Origin: Raja brachyura
Taxonomy: Eukaryota
Assembly: GCA_963514005.1 (NCBI GenBank)
Contig: OY740827.1
Coordinates: forward strand, 2,542,001 to 2,606,000
Reading direction: 5' to 3'
Length of the DNA: 64,000 nt
Made by a program: the position numbers and the translations under genes. The notes under the pieces were generated by a model. The model did not search any database, was not told the DNA's origin, and worked only from the letters and a program-made list of their open reading frames with translations. Position 1 is the first letter of the stretch. Every line of letters starts with the position of its first letter. Below are positions 12,742 through 24,388 of this stretch, piece after piece.

Positions 12742-13529
12742 GGGGTTTTTTGATCTGTTTGTTAATAAATATGATTTGTTTTGCAGTATGGACTAGTCAG
12801 CACGTTATTCCTCCCATCCATCCCTGGTAGTGGTGTGTCAGCATGGACGTGGTCCAGGGCGTGTCATTACAGAAGCTTTGAAGTCTTCACGAAGTCACTC
12901 ACGTGACTCCGAAATGAAATAGTAAGATTGAACGAGAACTTACCAGTTCGAAGGTTGATCTTTATTTCATGAGGAGTCGAAGTGAGGGATTTCGTGCCCT
13001 CCTCGCCCAACCCTCAATCACCTTCATCTGGTAATCTTAGTCGTTTTCATTCTTACTATGTGAAGTCATTTCTTTTGATTGGTTTCTGTGATTCCACGCC
13101 GCTACTTTGAAGTATGTCGAGCATGCGCGCCGGCGGGCTCTTCACGAAATCCCTCACTTCGACTCCTCATGAAATAAAGATCAACCTTCGAACTGGTAAG
13201 TTCTCGTTCAATCTTACTATTCTCTGCCTCAGAGAGAGGGCAGTGGAGGCAGGTTCTCTGGATGCTTTCAAGAGAGAGCTAGATAGGGCTCTTAAAAATA
13301 GCGGAGTCAGGGGATATGGGGAGAAGGCAGGAACGGGGTACTGATTGGGGATAATCAGCCATGATCACATTGAATGGCGGTGCTGGCTCGAAGAGCCGAA
13401 TGGCCTACTCCTGCACCTATTATCTATTGTCTATTGTCTAGTCTAATCATCTGCCCCCCTCACCTGTATCCACCTATCACTTGGCAGGCTTTGACCTGTT
13501 CACACTTGCTCACACAGTCCGCACCGTGT

Positions 13530-14090
13530 AGATGTCGGGAGGTCATGTTGCAGTTGGTGAAGCCGCATTTAGAATATGTGCATTCAGTACTGGGCACCGT
13601 GTGATAGGAAAGATGTTTTCAGCTGGAAAGCATACAGAGAAGATTTACGTGGATGTTGCCAGGTGTCTATGGTCTGAGCTAAAGGGAGAGGATGAGTATT
13701 TCTTGGAGCGCAGGAAGATGAGGGTGATCTTCCAGAGGTGTATAAAATCATGAGAGGAATAGATCGGGTAGACACACAGAGTCTCTTGCCCAGAGTAGGT
13801 GAATCGAGAACCAAAGGACATAGGTTAAAGGTGAGAGGGGGGAAAAAGTCAATAGGAATCTGAGGGTTAACTTTTTCACAAAGGGTGGTTGGTGCATGGA
13901 ACAAGCTGCCAGAGGAGGTAGTTGAGGCATTGGCTATCCCAATGTTTAAGAAACAGGCAGGTATATGGGTAGGACAGGTTTGGAGGGACATGGACCAAAT
14001 GTGGGCAGGTGGGATTAGTGTATCTGGGACATGTTGGCCGATGTCGGCAAGTTGGGCCGAAGGGCCTGTTTCCACGCTGTATCACTCTAT
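13530..14090 (+). mobile_element. CR1 3' fragment (second subfamily)
   Basis: LVKPHLEY..RRKMR..WNKLPEEVVEA motifs and a gggcctgtttccacgctgtatcactctatg tail. Confidence 0.8.
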
Positions 14091-14467
14091 GAATATGTAC
14101 CTTGCTTTTCCAGTTTTCTACCCTCTATTCCCTCAGTCTGAAGAAGGGACTCAATCCGAAAGGTTGTTTGTGGAAACAAGGAACTGGTGATACTAATCCA
14201 CTCCCTCCGCAGATCCGCTGAGTTCCTCCAGCACTTTGCTTTCTTGATTAATAAAGGAACTGTTCTGCACCCTCAGCTTTGGGGAACTGTTCGATACATT
14301 TTCTCTTCTGTAAAAAGGACATTTTTTATTTTTCGCACTAAATTTCCTGTTCCTACTTCTGTCCACTTCCTCGTGAAGCAAGAGGTCATTGGGCCACTCA
14401 AGTCTCTTACTCATAAACTAGGAACAACTTACGGGGCAAATGAAGGTCAGAGGGGGAAAGCTGAAAT

Positions 14468-14745
14468 GGGTGGCAATGTGGCACAGCGGTAGAATTGCTG
14501 CCTCACAGCTCCAGAGACCTGGGTTCGATCCCGACTACATGTGTTGTCTGTACAGAGCTTGCACGTTCTCCCCGTGACCTGTGTGGGTTTTCTCCGAAAC
14601 CTTTGGTTTCCTCCCACATTCTAAAGACGTACGGCTTTATAGGTTAATTGGCTTGATATAAATGTAAAATTGTTCCTAGTGTGTATCGGATGGTACTACT
14701 GTGCAGGTATCGCTGGTTGGTGCGGACTTGGTGGGCCGATCGTTT
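14468..14745 (+). mobile_element. tRNA-derived V-SINE (HE1-like)
   Basis: A box (tggcacagcgg), B box (ggttcgatcc) and V-domain ggtttcctcccacattctaaagac. Other copies lie at ~18551, 20300-20580(-), 26105-26237(-), 31240-31378(-), 50970-51255 and 62605-62900. Confidence 0.85.
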
Positions 14746-15479
14746 TTTATCCAGAGAGTGATGGTGCCTAGGGGTGATGGTAGAGGCTGTGATGACGGTG
14801 GTGTTTTTGTGGCCTTTAGATAGGCACATGGACATGCAGAGTTCCAGATTATTTGCAGGCAAAGGAGAATCATTTAGCATCATGTTCGGCACGGACACTG
14901 TGGGCCGAGGCGCCTGTTCCTGTGCTGTGCTGTTCTCTGTTCTAGGTTTTCACTCTCTGCTAATTCATTGAAATACTTTGCTGAGTTAGTTGGGCAAACT
15001 TGCCTTGCACAAATCCAGACATTCTTGAATCAGTAACTCAGCGGGTCAGGCAGCATCTCTGGAGAGAAGGAATGGGTGCTGTTTCGGGTCGAGACCCTTC
15101 TTCAGACCCGAAACATCACCCATTCTTTCTCCCCAGAGATGCTGCCTGTCCTGCTGAGGTACTCCAGCATTTTGTGTCTATCTTCAATTTAAACCAGTAC
15201 TGCAGTTGTTTCCTACACAATTCTTGAATCAGTGGTCTTGTCCAAATGAGCACCCATACCATGGCACTGTGGAACAGGAGACTGTCACACCCGTTAGATT
15301 AAATACCTCCAATTTGACAGGGAGGGGTGTAAGGGCCGGTGGGGAGCGGGTGACAGAGACCAGGAATAGGGTCAGAGCCAGAGTAGGTTTGCAGAGATAG
15401 TGAGGGACTCTTCCCACATTACAGCACTCCCTCCACTAAGTCAGTCATGCCCCATCAGGGATGAAAGGGGTTAACCGTT

Positions 15480-15545
15480 TGCTGATAAAGGTATACTTCC
15501 TTATTTTATTTCAGTTTCTTGATGTAAATTTTCCCCTCTACACAT
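15480..15545 (+). promoter_or_regulatory. Putative TATA-less leukocyte-type promoter of the Siglec-like gene
   Basis: Repeat-free island with TGATAA (15483), ACTTCCT ETS (15495), TTTCAGTTTC ISRE-like (15509) and AAATTTTCCCC kB-like (15526), just upstream of a donor at 15629. Confidence 0.45.
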
Positions 15546-15628
15546 TCGTGTTCTCCACACAGTGACAGCCGCTGAGAACAAGAGTTTGTCAGTCGATACT
15601 CCAGAGACGAGCAGCGGACAGAACCAAG
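15545..15628 (+). other. Putative non-coding first exon (5'UTR); start approximate
   Basis: Unique sequence without ATG ending in a strong donor AAG|GTACGT. Confidence 0.5.
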
Positions 15629-15939
15629 GTACGTAATTCCTTGTCTGTCGCTCGTTCCCACAAACAACGACCTGTTTAGTTGAGTTTAATTGGGTACTGA
15701 GTCTGATCACTGAAATACTTTGTGTATTAACGTAACTGCAGATGCTGGTTTACACTGAATATAGACACAAAGTGCGGGGTAACTCAGCGGGACAGGCAGC
15801 ATCTCTGGAGAGTTTACTTTAGTTTTCGTGCTATTGAGGGAGAAACATCACCCATTCCTTCTCTCCAGAGATGCTGCCTGTCCCGCTGAGTAACTCCTTC
15901 AATTTAAAGCAGCATCTGCTGTTCTTTCCTACACATTTT

Positions 15940-18300
15940 CACTAGGTTAATTCCCGGGATGGCAAGACTGACATATGATGAAAGAATGGGTTGACTGGGC
16001 TTGTATTCACTGGAATTTTGAAGGATGAGAGGGAACCTTATAGAAACATACAAAATTCTAAAGGGATTGGACAGGCTAGATGCAGGAAAAATATTCCCGT
16101 TGGCAGAGTCCAGAACCAGGGTTCACAGTTTAAGAATTACAGATAGGTAACTTAGGACTGAGATGAGGAAAAACGTTTTCACCCAGAGAGTTGTGAATCT
16201 GCGGAATTCTCTGCCACAGAAGGCAGTGGAGGCCAATTCACTGGATGTTTTCAAAAGAGAGTTAGATTTATCTCTTAGGGCTAACGGAATCAAGGGATAT
16301 GGGTAGAAAACAGGAACGGAATACTGATTTTGGATGATCAGCCGTGAACATATTGAATGGCGGTGCTGGCTGGAAGGGCCGAATGGCCTACTCCTGCACC
16401 TATTTTCTATTATTCTCTGTTTTCTATGATTATTGTCATGCTAACCAAGATACAGCAAAAAGTTTTTGTTGCATGCTAACCAGTCAGCGCAAAGACAACA
16501 CATGATTACAATCAAAGACAGACATAAAATGCTGGAGTAACTCAGTGGGACAGGCAGCATATTCCAGTCAGGGATAGTCCGAGGGTCGTCAAAGAGGTAG
16601 TTAGTAGTTCAGCACTGCTCTCTCGTTGTGGTAGAATGGTTCAGTTGCCTGATAACAGCTGGGAAGAAACTATCCCCGATTCGGAAACTCGGTGAGAAGG
16701 AATGGGTGACGTTTCGGGTTGAGACGCTTCAGCACACTGAGAGTGATGGGAGAGAGAGACACGGAGATAAGGACGTGAAAGGTGTGAAAACGAGACAAAG
16801 GTTATGAAGGTCGAGGAAAATGTGGAATAGATAATTGTTAGCGAGGAGAAGGTGACAACGAAGCAAACAGAGATAACATTGAATCAGGAGGAAAGTCAGA
16901 CTGGTCATAGAATAGGAAAATGGAGGGATGGACAATAGACATTAGGTGCAGGAGGAGGCCATTCAGCCCTTCAAGACAGCACACCCATTCAATGTGATCA
17001 TGGCTGATCATCCACAATCAGTACCTCGTTCCTGCCTTCTCTCCATATCCCTTAACTCTGCTATCTCTAAGAGCTCTATCTAACTCTCTATTGAAAGCAT
17101 CCAGAGAACCGGCCTCCACCGCCTCTGAGGCAGAGAATTCCACAGACTCACAACTCTGTGTGTGAATGTTTTTCCTCGTCTCCGGTCTATATGGTTTACC
17201 ACTTATTCTTAAACTATGGCAACTGCTTCACGACTCCCCCAACATTGGGAACATGTTTCCTGCCTCTAGCATGTCCAAACCCTTAATAATCCTATTTGTT
17301 TCAATAAGATCCCCTCTCATCCTTCTAAATTCCAGAGTGTCCAAGCCCAGCCGCTCCAATCTATCAACATATGACAGTCCCGCCATCCCGGGAATTAACC
17401 TTGTAAACCTACGCTGCACTCCCTCAATAGCAAGAATGTCCTTCCTCAAATTAGGGGACCAAAACTGCACACAATACTCCAGGTGTAGTATCACTAGGGC
17501 CCAATACAACGGCAGGAGGACCTCTTTGCTCCTATACTCAACTCATCTTGAGAGAGGGAAAGCAAGGGTTACTTGAAGTTAGAGAAGTCGATATACCACT
17601 GGGGTTTAAAGTGCCCAAGTGAAATATGTGGTGCTGTTCCTCCAATTTGCATTGGGCCTTATTTTGACATTTGAGGAGGCCCAGGACAGAAAGGTCAGAA
17701 AGGTATCTCTGTGTCTCCCTCTCCCCTTACTCTCAGACTGTATTGTACTCAATATTGTGAGCAATTTTGGACCCCGTTTCTGAGGAAGGATGTGCTGGCT
17801 TTGGTGAGGGTCCAGAAGAGGTTTACAAGAACGATCCCAGGAATGAGTGGATTAACGTGTGATGAGCATTTGACGCACTTGTCCTGTACTCGATGGAGTT
17901 TAGAATAATATGGGGGGAATCTCATTGAAAAGTACAGAATATTGAAAGGCTTGCATAGAGTGGACGTGGAGTGGATGTTTCCACTAGTGGGAGAGTATCG
18001 GACCAGAGATTATAGCCTCCAAATTAAAGGACGTTCTTTTAGGAAGGAGATGAGGAGGAATATCTTTAGTCAGAGGGTGGTGAATCTGTGGAGGCTTTGC
18101 CACAGAAGACTGTGGAGGCCAAGTCAGTGGATGTATTTAAGGCAGAGATAGATAGATTCTTGATTAGTCGTGGTCAGTGGTTATGGGGCGAAGACAGGAA
18201 AATGGGGTTAGGAGGGAGAGATAGATCAGCTAGGATTAAATGTCAGAGTGGACTTGATGGGCCGAATGGCCTAATTCTGCTCCCATCACTTATGACCTTA
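15940..18300. mobile_element. Cluster of CR1 3' fragments (+15940-16430, -16935-17545, +17740-18300) with Penelope and Rex tail remnants
   Basis: HLEYCVQFWSPNLRKD / RRFTRLIPGM / QRVVNLW motifs. Confidence 0.82.
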
Positions 18301-18889
18301 TATAGTACGACTTACCTGGGTTGCATGCAAACACTGTATCCTGTTACATATGGCAATTGTACAACCATACCAATCGATGGGCAAAAAAGGGCTGGCATGG
18401 ACGTGGTGGGCAGAAGAGCCTGTTGCTGTGTGGATGGAACTGTTCCCAAACAAAGCAGTGATACATCCTGATTAAATGCTTTTTAACATGCCCTTCGGGG
18501 GTGGAATGGGGAGACTGATTTGTGTGTTGGACTGGGCGATATCCATGTTAGGGGCGGCAATGCAGTAGCATTGCTGCCTCACAGCGCCAGAGACCCTGGT
18601 TGATCCTGACTTTGGGTGCCTGTCTGTACGGAGTTTGCACGTTTACATATTCTGTTGTGCTGCTGCAAGTAAGAATTTTATTCTACAATCTGGGACATTT
18701 GACAATAAAACATTCTTGAATCTGGACTTGACCTGCTTGGGTTTTAGAAAATAGGTGCAGGAGGAGGCCATTCGGCCCTTTGAGCCAGCACCGATTTCTC
18801 TGGTTTCCTCCCACATTCCAAAGATATGCTGGTTTGTAGGTTAATTGACTTGGCAAAATTGTAAATTGTCTCTAGCGTGTGTAGGATAG

Positions 18890-20340
18890 TGTTAGTGTGT
18901 GGGGATCGCTGGTCGGCACGGACTGGGTGGGCCGAAGAACCTGTTTCCGCGCTGTATCTCCAAATTAAACACAGAACTAGTGTGTGAATGGGTGATCGCT
19001 GGTCAGCACGGACTCGGTGGGCCTGTTTCCGTGCTGTATATCTAAACTAAACACAGAATTAATGTGTGAATGGTTGATCGCTGGTCGGGCAAACTCGGTG
19101 GGTTGAAGGTCCTGTGTCTGTATTGTATCTCAAAAACTAAACATATAACTAGTGTGTGAACGGGTGATCGATGGCCGGCATGGACTCGGTGGGCCGAGGG
19201 GGCCTGTTTCAGCTCTGCATCTCTGAACTAAACTAAACTAAACTCTCAGCAATTTCCTGTGGTCTTGGACAGAGCTGGTCCCAAACCATGGCGTGCTGCA
19301 ACCTAACAGTGTTCTTTCACAGTTCATGTGAAGAAGTTGGTGTGAGTCACTGGAGAAATGCTGAACTTCCTTCATCTTTTGAGGAAGATGAGACATTAGT
19401 GTACTTTATTGACCACAGCTCCAAAGTAGTTGATGCAGGGTATGCTGTTGGTGATATTTAGTCATGTGATAGCAGCAGAATTAGGCCATTCGGCCCATCA
19501 AGTCTACTCCGCCACTCAATCATGGCTGATCTATCTCTCCCTCCTAACCCCATTCTCCTGCCTTCTCCCCAAAACCCCTGACACCCGCACTAATCAACAA
19601 TCTATCTATGTCTGCCTTAAAAATATACACTGACTTGCCCTCCACAGCCTGCTGTGGCAAAGAATTCCACAGATTCACCACCCTCTGACTAAAGAGAGAA
19701 CTAGTGTGTGAACGGGTGATCGCTGATGGGTACGGACCTGGTGGCCCGAAGGGCCTGTTTCCATGCTGTATCTCCAAACTAAACATAGAACTAGAGTGTG
19801 AATGGGTGATCGTTAGTCGACACGGACTCGGTGGGCCGAAGGGCCTGTTTCCACGCTGTGCCTCTCAACTGAACAAAATTAAATGTTGTTATTGTACTTG
19901 CCTCAACTACTTCCTCCGGCAGCTTGTTCCACAACCCACACAACCCCTCATCAACCTCTGTATGAATAGCCTCTTACTTCTACTTTAGTAATGATTAGCT
20001 TAGAGCACTAAGTTGTTCCTCAGATACCGTCCCTAGTTCATGTACCAGGCACCTTGTGGGACGTAGCCACATGGCAGAACAGTAGCAGTGATGCCAGTTT
20101 AGTTTAGTTTTCTAGTTTAGAGTATACAGCACGGAAATAGGCCTTTCGGCCCATCGAGTCCACGCCGACAATCGATCACCCGTTCACACACTAGTTCTGC
20201 GTTTAGTTTAGAGATACAGTGCAGAAACAGGCCCTTCAGCCCATCGAGTCCGCACAGACCAGAAATCACCCGTTCACACACTAGTTCTGTGTTTAGTTTA
20301 GTGATACTGTGCGGAAACAGGCCCTTCGGCCCATGCTGAC
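18890..20340. repeat. Tandem ~81-bp SINE-tail-derived repeats (arrays 18890-19240, 19700-19870, inverted 20115-20340; also 62105-62275)
   Basis: Unit ctagtgtgtgaacgggtgatcg..ggactcggtgggccgaagggcctgtttcc..gtatctctaaactaaacacagaa. Confidence 0.8.
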
Positions 20341-20829
20341 CTGCGACCAACGCTATCCTACACACACTTTGGACAAATACATTTTTTTTAACCAAAGTCT
20401 AATTAACCAACAAACCTGTACGTCTTTGGAGTGTGGAAGGAAACCAGAGATCCCGGAGAAAATCCACGCAGATCACGGGGAGAACGTACAAACTCCATAC
20501 AGACAGCAGCTGTAGTCAGGATGGAAGTCGGGTCTCTGGCACTGTGAGGCAGCAACTCTGCCACTGCGCCACTGTGCGCCATCATGTTACTTGGCAAAGA
20601 TTATCGCAAAGCTTTTAAAAACCAAAGGAAGGCAACAAGATTGCTCATTAGGTCATAAGTGATGGGAGTAGAATTAGGCCATTTAGATCATCAAATCTAC
20701 TCCCCCATTTAATCAAGCCTGATCTATCACTCCCTCTTAACCCCAATCTCCTGCCTTCTCCCCTCAACCCGACACCCGTACTAATTCATAATCTTTCTAT
20801 CTCTGCCTTACCAATAGTCACTGACATAA

Positions 20830-21600
20830 CCACCAGGTGGCGCCAGCAATGGCTGCCTCACCAACAGTCTGTCTGTCCCTTCCTTCTTTGTTGTCTGTCT
20901 GTGTGTGTTAAATGTATGTTTTTAGTGATCTTTAGGTTGTTTTATGTGGGGAGTGGGGGGGAGTTGGGGGAAACGTTTCCTATTCACTTAGCTCGATGGA
21001 GATGCGATTTTCTTCCGTATCATATCTCCATCCGCACTGTGGTCTAACATCGAGGAGTTGGTGGCCTTTGCTGGAGATCAACTTCGAGAGCTGCACCCCG
21101 GGTGCCTGCAGGACTTACCATCACGGAGCTTGCGATCCCTGTCGGGGGCCGTTTTTGGGGCTCCATCCGTGGGTGCCTGCGAACGTTAACATCACGGAGC
21201 TTGTGGTCTCGGGTTAGAGACCGACTTCGGGAAACTCCAAACCGCAGGAGCTTTGATCACCCCAACGCGGGAGCTTCGATCGCCCTGACGCGGAGGGTTT
21301 CGATCGCCCTGACGCAGGGTCTTCCACCGCCGGCTGCAGGAGCTTCAAACCCCCAGGCTGCGGATGGTTCGATCGCCCCGACCGCAGGAGAATAAAAGAG
21401 GAAGAAGCTTGGACTTTATTGCATTCTGTCACATTGAGGATCGTGGGGAGTCCACTGTGGTGGATGTTTATGTTAACTTTTATGTAGTTATGTCTCTTGT
21501 TTTATGTAGTTGTGTCTCTTGTTGCTTTTTTTTGGTAATTCGATTTTCACTGTAGCTTACCTGGTACATGTGACAATAAACTGACCTTGAAAGCTTGAAT
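20830..21600 (+). mobile_element. Unclassified non-autonomous element with Rex-like 3' tail, inserted in a CR1 fragment
   Basis: 5' ggtggcgcc..atggctgcc, then T-rich/G-run block, GC-rich core, 3' gtgacaataaa..ccttga. Same layout at 48235-49070. Confidence 0.55.
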
Positions 21601-22090
21601 TTGTCTCCACAGCCGTCTGTGGCAAAGAATTCCACAGATTCACCACCCTCTGACTAAAGAAATTCCTCCTCATTTCCTTCCTAAAAGAATGTCCTTTAAT
21701 TCTGAGGCTATGACCTCTCCCATTAGTGGAAATATCTTCTCCACATTCCCTCTATCCAAGCCTTTCACTATTCGATAAGTTTCATTGAGGTCCCCCCTCA
21801 TTCATCTAAACACCAGCGAGTATAGGCCCAGTGCTGTCAAACGCTCATCCTTTGTAAACCCACTCATTCCTGTAAACCTCCTCTAGACCCATCCAGAGCC
21901 TGCACATGCTTCATCAGATACAGGGCTCAACATTGCTCACATTATCCCATATGTGGCCTGACCAGCACCTTATAGAGCTTAGCATTGCATCCATGTCGTT
22001 TAATGTATATTGGTCGCTGGAGTTTTACTGCAATCACTTTCTCTTCCAGACCGGGAGATCGGGGACTGACGGGATATCTGGGATCGGACA

Positions 22091-22130
22091 ATGATCGGGA
22101 GAGCATTCTTCCTCCTCACCCTTCTCCAAG
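22091..22130 (+). CDS. Siglec-like coding exon 1: signal peptide MIGRAFFLLTLLQ (exon starts 22050)
   Basis: Acceptor ctttctcttccag|22050, acaATGa context, hydrophobic core, phase-1 donor CAAG|gtacc. Joins to AVVSG^QW of the next exon. Confidence 0.85.
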
Positions 22131-22232
22131 GTACCATCAGCAGCAACTCACAAGTGTTTACGGGCGAGGAGGGTTTTACTGGTTGGCTGCCAGTGACTAG
22201 CGGAGTTCCGCAGGGGTCGGTGCTGGGGCCGC

Positions 22233-22785
22233 TATGATCCTTTCGCTGAACAACTTCGCTCAGTCCGCCTGGACCTACCTGATCTCCCGGTTGCCAAACA
22301 TTTTAATTCCCCTTCCCATTCCCACATTGACCTTTCTGTTCTAGTTCGCCTCCACAGTCTAAATGAGGCTAAATGCAAATTGGAGGAACAGCTTCTCATA
22401 TTTTGCTTGGGCAGCTTACAACCCAGTGGTATGAACATTGATTTCTCTCATTTCAAGTAAACCCTACATTCCCTTTCTCTCGATCCCTCCCTTAGTCTAG
22501 TCGCACCAGATTCTCATTCTCACTCAACAAACAGCTAACAATGGCTTGTTTTCTTTATCATCATTACTTTTATGCATATCTTTCATTCATTGTTCAGTGT
22601 CTCTCTACATCATCGTCTATATCTCCCGTCGCCCTTTCCCATGACTTTCAGTCTGAAGAAGGGTCTGGACCCGAAACGTCACCCATTCCTTCTCTCCAGA
22701 GATGCTGCCTGACCGGCTGAGTTTCTCCCTATTTTTGTGTCAATCTTCAGTTTAAACCAGCAACTGCAGTTCCTTCCTACACACC
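22233..22785 (+). mobile_element. Penelope-like element 3' fragment (GIY-YIG C-terminus plus pLTR with hammerhead core at 22651-22682)
   Basis: FAEQLRSVR..PVAKHFNSPSHS..KLEEQ.LIF.LGSLQPSGMNIDFS.FK*, followed by CTGAAGA-A-GGGTC-TG-GACCC-GAAA-CGTC. Confidence 0.8.
22651..22682 (+). ncRNA. Minimal type I hammerhead ribozyme motif (Penelope-associated); another intact core on - at 23630-23657
   Basis: CUGANGA box, 5-bp stem II, GAAA box, palindromic short stem III with GUC triplet. Stem I is only ~2 bp. Confidence 0.55.
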
Positions 22786-22943
22786 ACAAATCTTCACGTT
22801 ATATATTAATGATTTGGACCAGGGGATTGAAGGCTTTGTGGTCAAGTTTGCGGATGATACGGAAATAGGTGGAGGGGCAGGTAATGTAGAGAAAGCATGG
22901 ACTCTGCTGAAGGACTGCTAAAGATTGTTCCTTCTCTCCTCAG

Positions 22944-23309
22944 CCGTGGTGTCGGGACAGTGGAGTGCCGACACTCCACCAGATGTGACAGCGCAGAATG
23001 GTTTGTGTGCACGGATTCCGTGTCACTACAGGTACCCGTCGCATCTGAACAATAAACCACGGACTGGAATCTGGTATAACAGTGAGAAGAACAAAGAAGA
23101 TTCTGTAGCCTTCCACTCCGTGGATCCCAGTCTAGAATCAACAAAGTTTCAGCATCGGACCCGGCTGTCAGGAATCCTGACAAACGACGACTGTTCCCTG
23201 GTTATAGACAACATCACGCAGCAAGATGCAGGTCCTTATTTTTTCAGAGTTGATTTTGGAGGGGGAAATCGTTTCAACTACCACCCTGTAACATGGCTCC
23301 GTGTTACTG
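22944..23309 (+). CDS. Siglec-like exon 2: V-set sialic-acid-binding Ig domain
   Basis: W..GLCARIPC..W..R..L.G....DCSL.I.N....DAGPYFFRV has the Siglec Cys pattern and the essential F-strand Arg (AGA 23246-23248). Boundaries cag|..G|gtaagt, 366 nt. Confidence 0.95.
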
Positions 23310-24388
23310 GTAAGTGCTCTGTATAATTCACTCATTCACTCAACAGTTTCTGCACAGCTATTATCAGGCAACTGAACCATCCTACCACAACCAGAGAGCA
23401 TCAACCTCACTGGTGACCCTCGGACCTACTTTGATCGGACTTTGGACTGTACATGTTCCCTATTCACACACACACCACAGCATCAGGATCCTTCTGGTTC
23501 ATTTCTGGATCATCGTGACACCTCCAGTTTTTGCACTGTTATTACCAGGTTTCATTGCCCATAGGGTTACACAAAAAGCTGGAGAAACTCAGCGGGTGCA
23601 GCAGCATCTAAGGAGCGAAGGAGATAGGCGACGTTTCGGGTCGAGACCCTTCTTCAGACTCATTGCCCATATATGCTCCTAATATCGACTCCATCTACAC
23701 TGCACTCATCCTGAACTAAACTAAACTAAACAATGACTGTCTTATCCTTACTGCCCTTAGTGGAGAACTGTTGCCATATTCCCGATCACAGATCATCATA
23801 ACATTCCTGATCCCCGACCTTTTCAACCTCCCCTGACCATTGTACCTCCTTGTTCAGGGATCATCCTAGTTTCATTTAGTTTAGTTAGTTAATTTTATTG
23901 TCACATGTACCGAGGTACAGTGGAAAGCTTTTGTTGCATGCTATCCAGTCAGCAGAAAACCAATACATGATTACAATTGAGCCGTTTACAGTGTACAGCT
24001 GCGTGATAAGGGAATAAAGTTTAGTGCAAGGTTACGCTAGCAAAGTACGATCAGGGATAGTCTGAAGGTCACCAATGAGGTAGATAGTAGTTCAGGACCG
24101 CTCTCTGGTTGCAGTAGAATGGTTCAGTTGCCTGATAACAGCCGGGAAGGAAACTGTCCCTGAATCTGGAGGTGTGCAGTTTCACACTTCTGTACCTCTT
24201 GCCCGGTGAGACAGGGGAGAAGAGTGAGTGACTGGGGCGAGACTGGTTCTTGATAATCTGGAGGTGTATGTTTTCACACTTCTATACCTTGTAAAAACAT
24301 CCTTCCTCGTGTGGGACTGGGATTACTATGTGAACCGATGTATCCAATGATATTTAACTAACAGTATCTGTTTCTCTGTGTGCGTTAG

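Larger units (their letters stand above)
7907..13221 (+). mobile_element. DIRS1-like tyrosine-recombinase retrotransposon, full length, near intact (element A)
   Basis: Perfect 36-bp inverted repeat 7934-7969/13113-13148. ICR 12884-12996 is complementary to both termini. Gag, RT-RNaseH-MT and YR ORFs are present, with ATT at both junctions. Confidence 0.96.
7600..13437 (+). mobile_element. CR1 (HER1-like) 3' fragment split by DIRS element A (pieces 7600-7909 and 13219-13437)
   Basis: RVQRRFTRLIPGM..FSHRVV gtggaATT resumes as ATTctctgcctcag..GYGEKAGTGY* with a (tattgtc)n tail. Confidence 0.88.
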
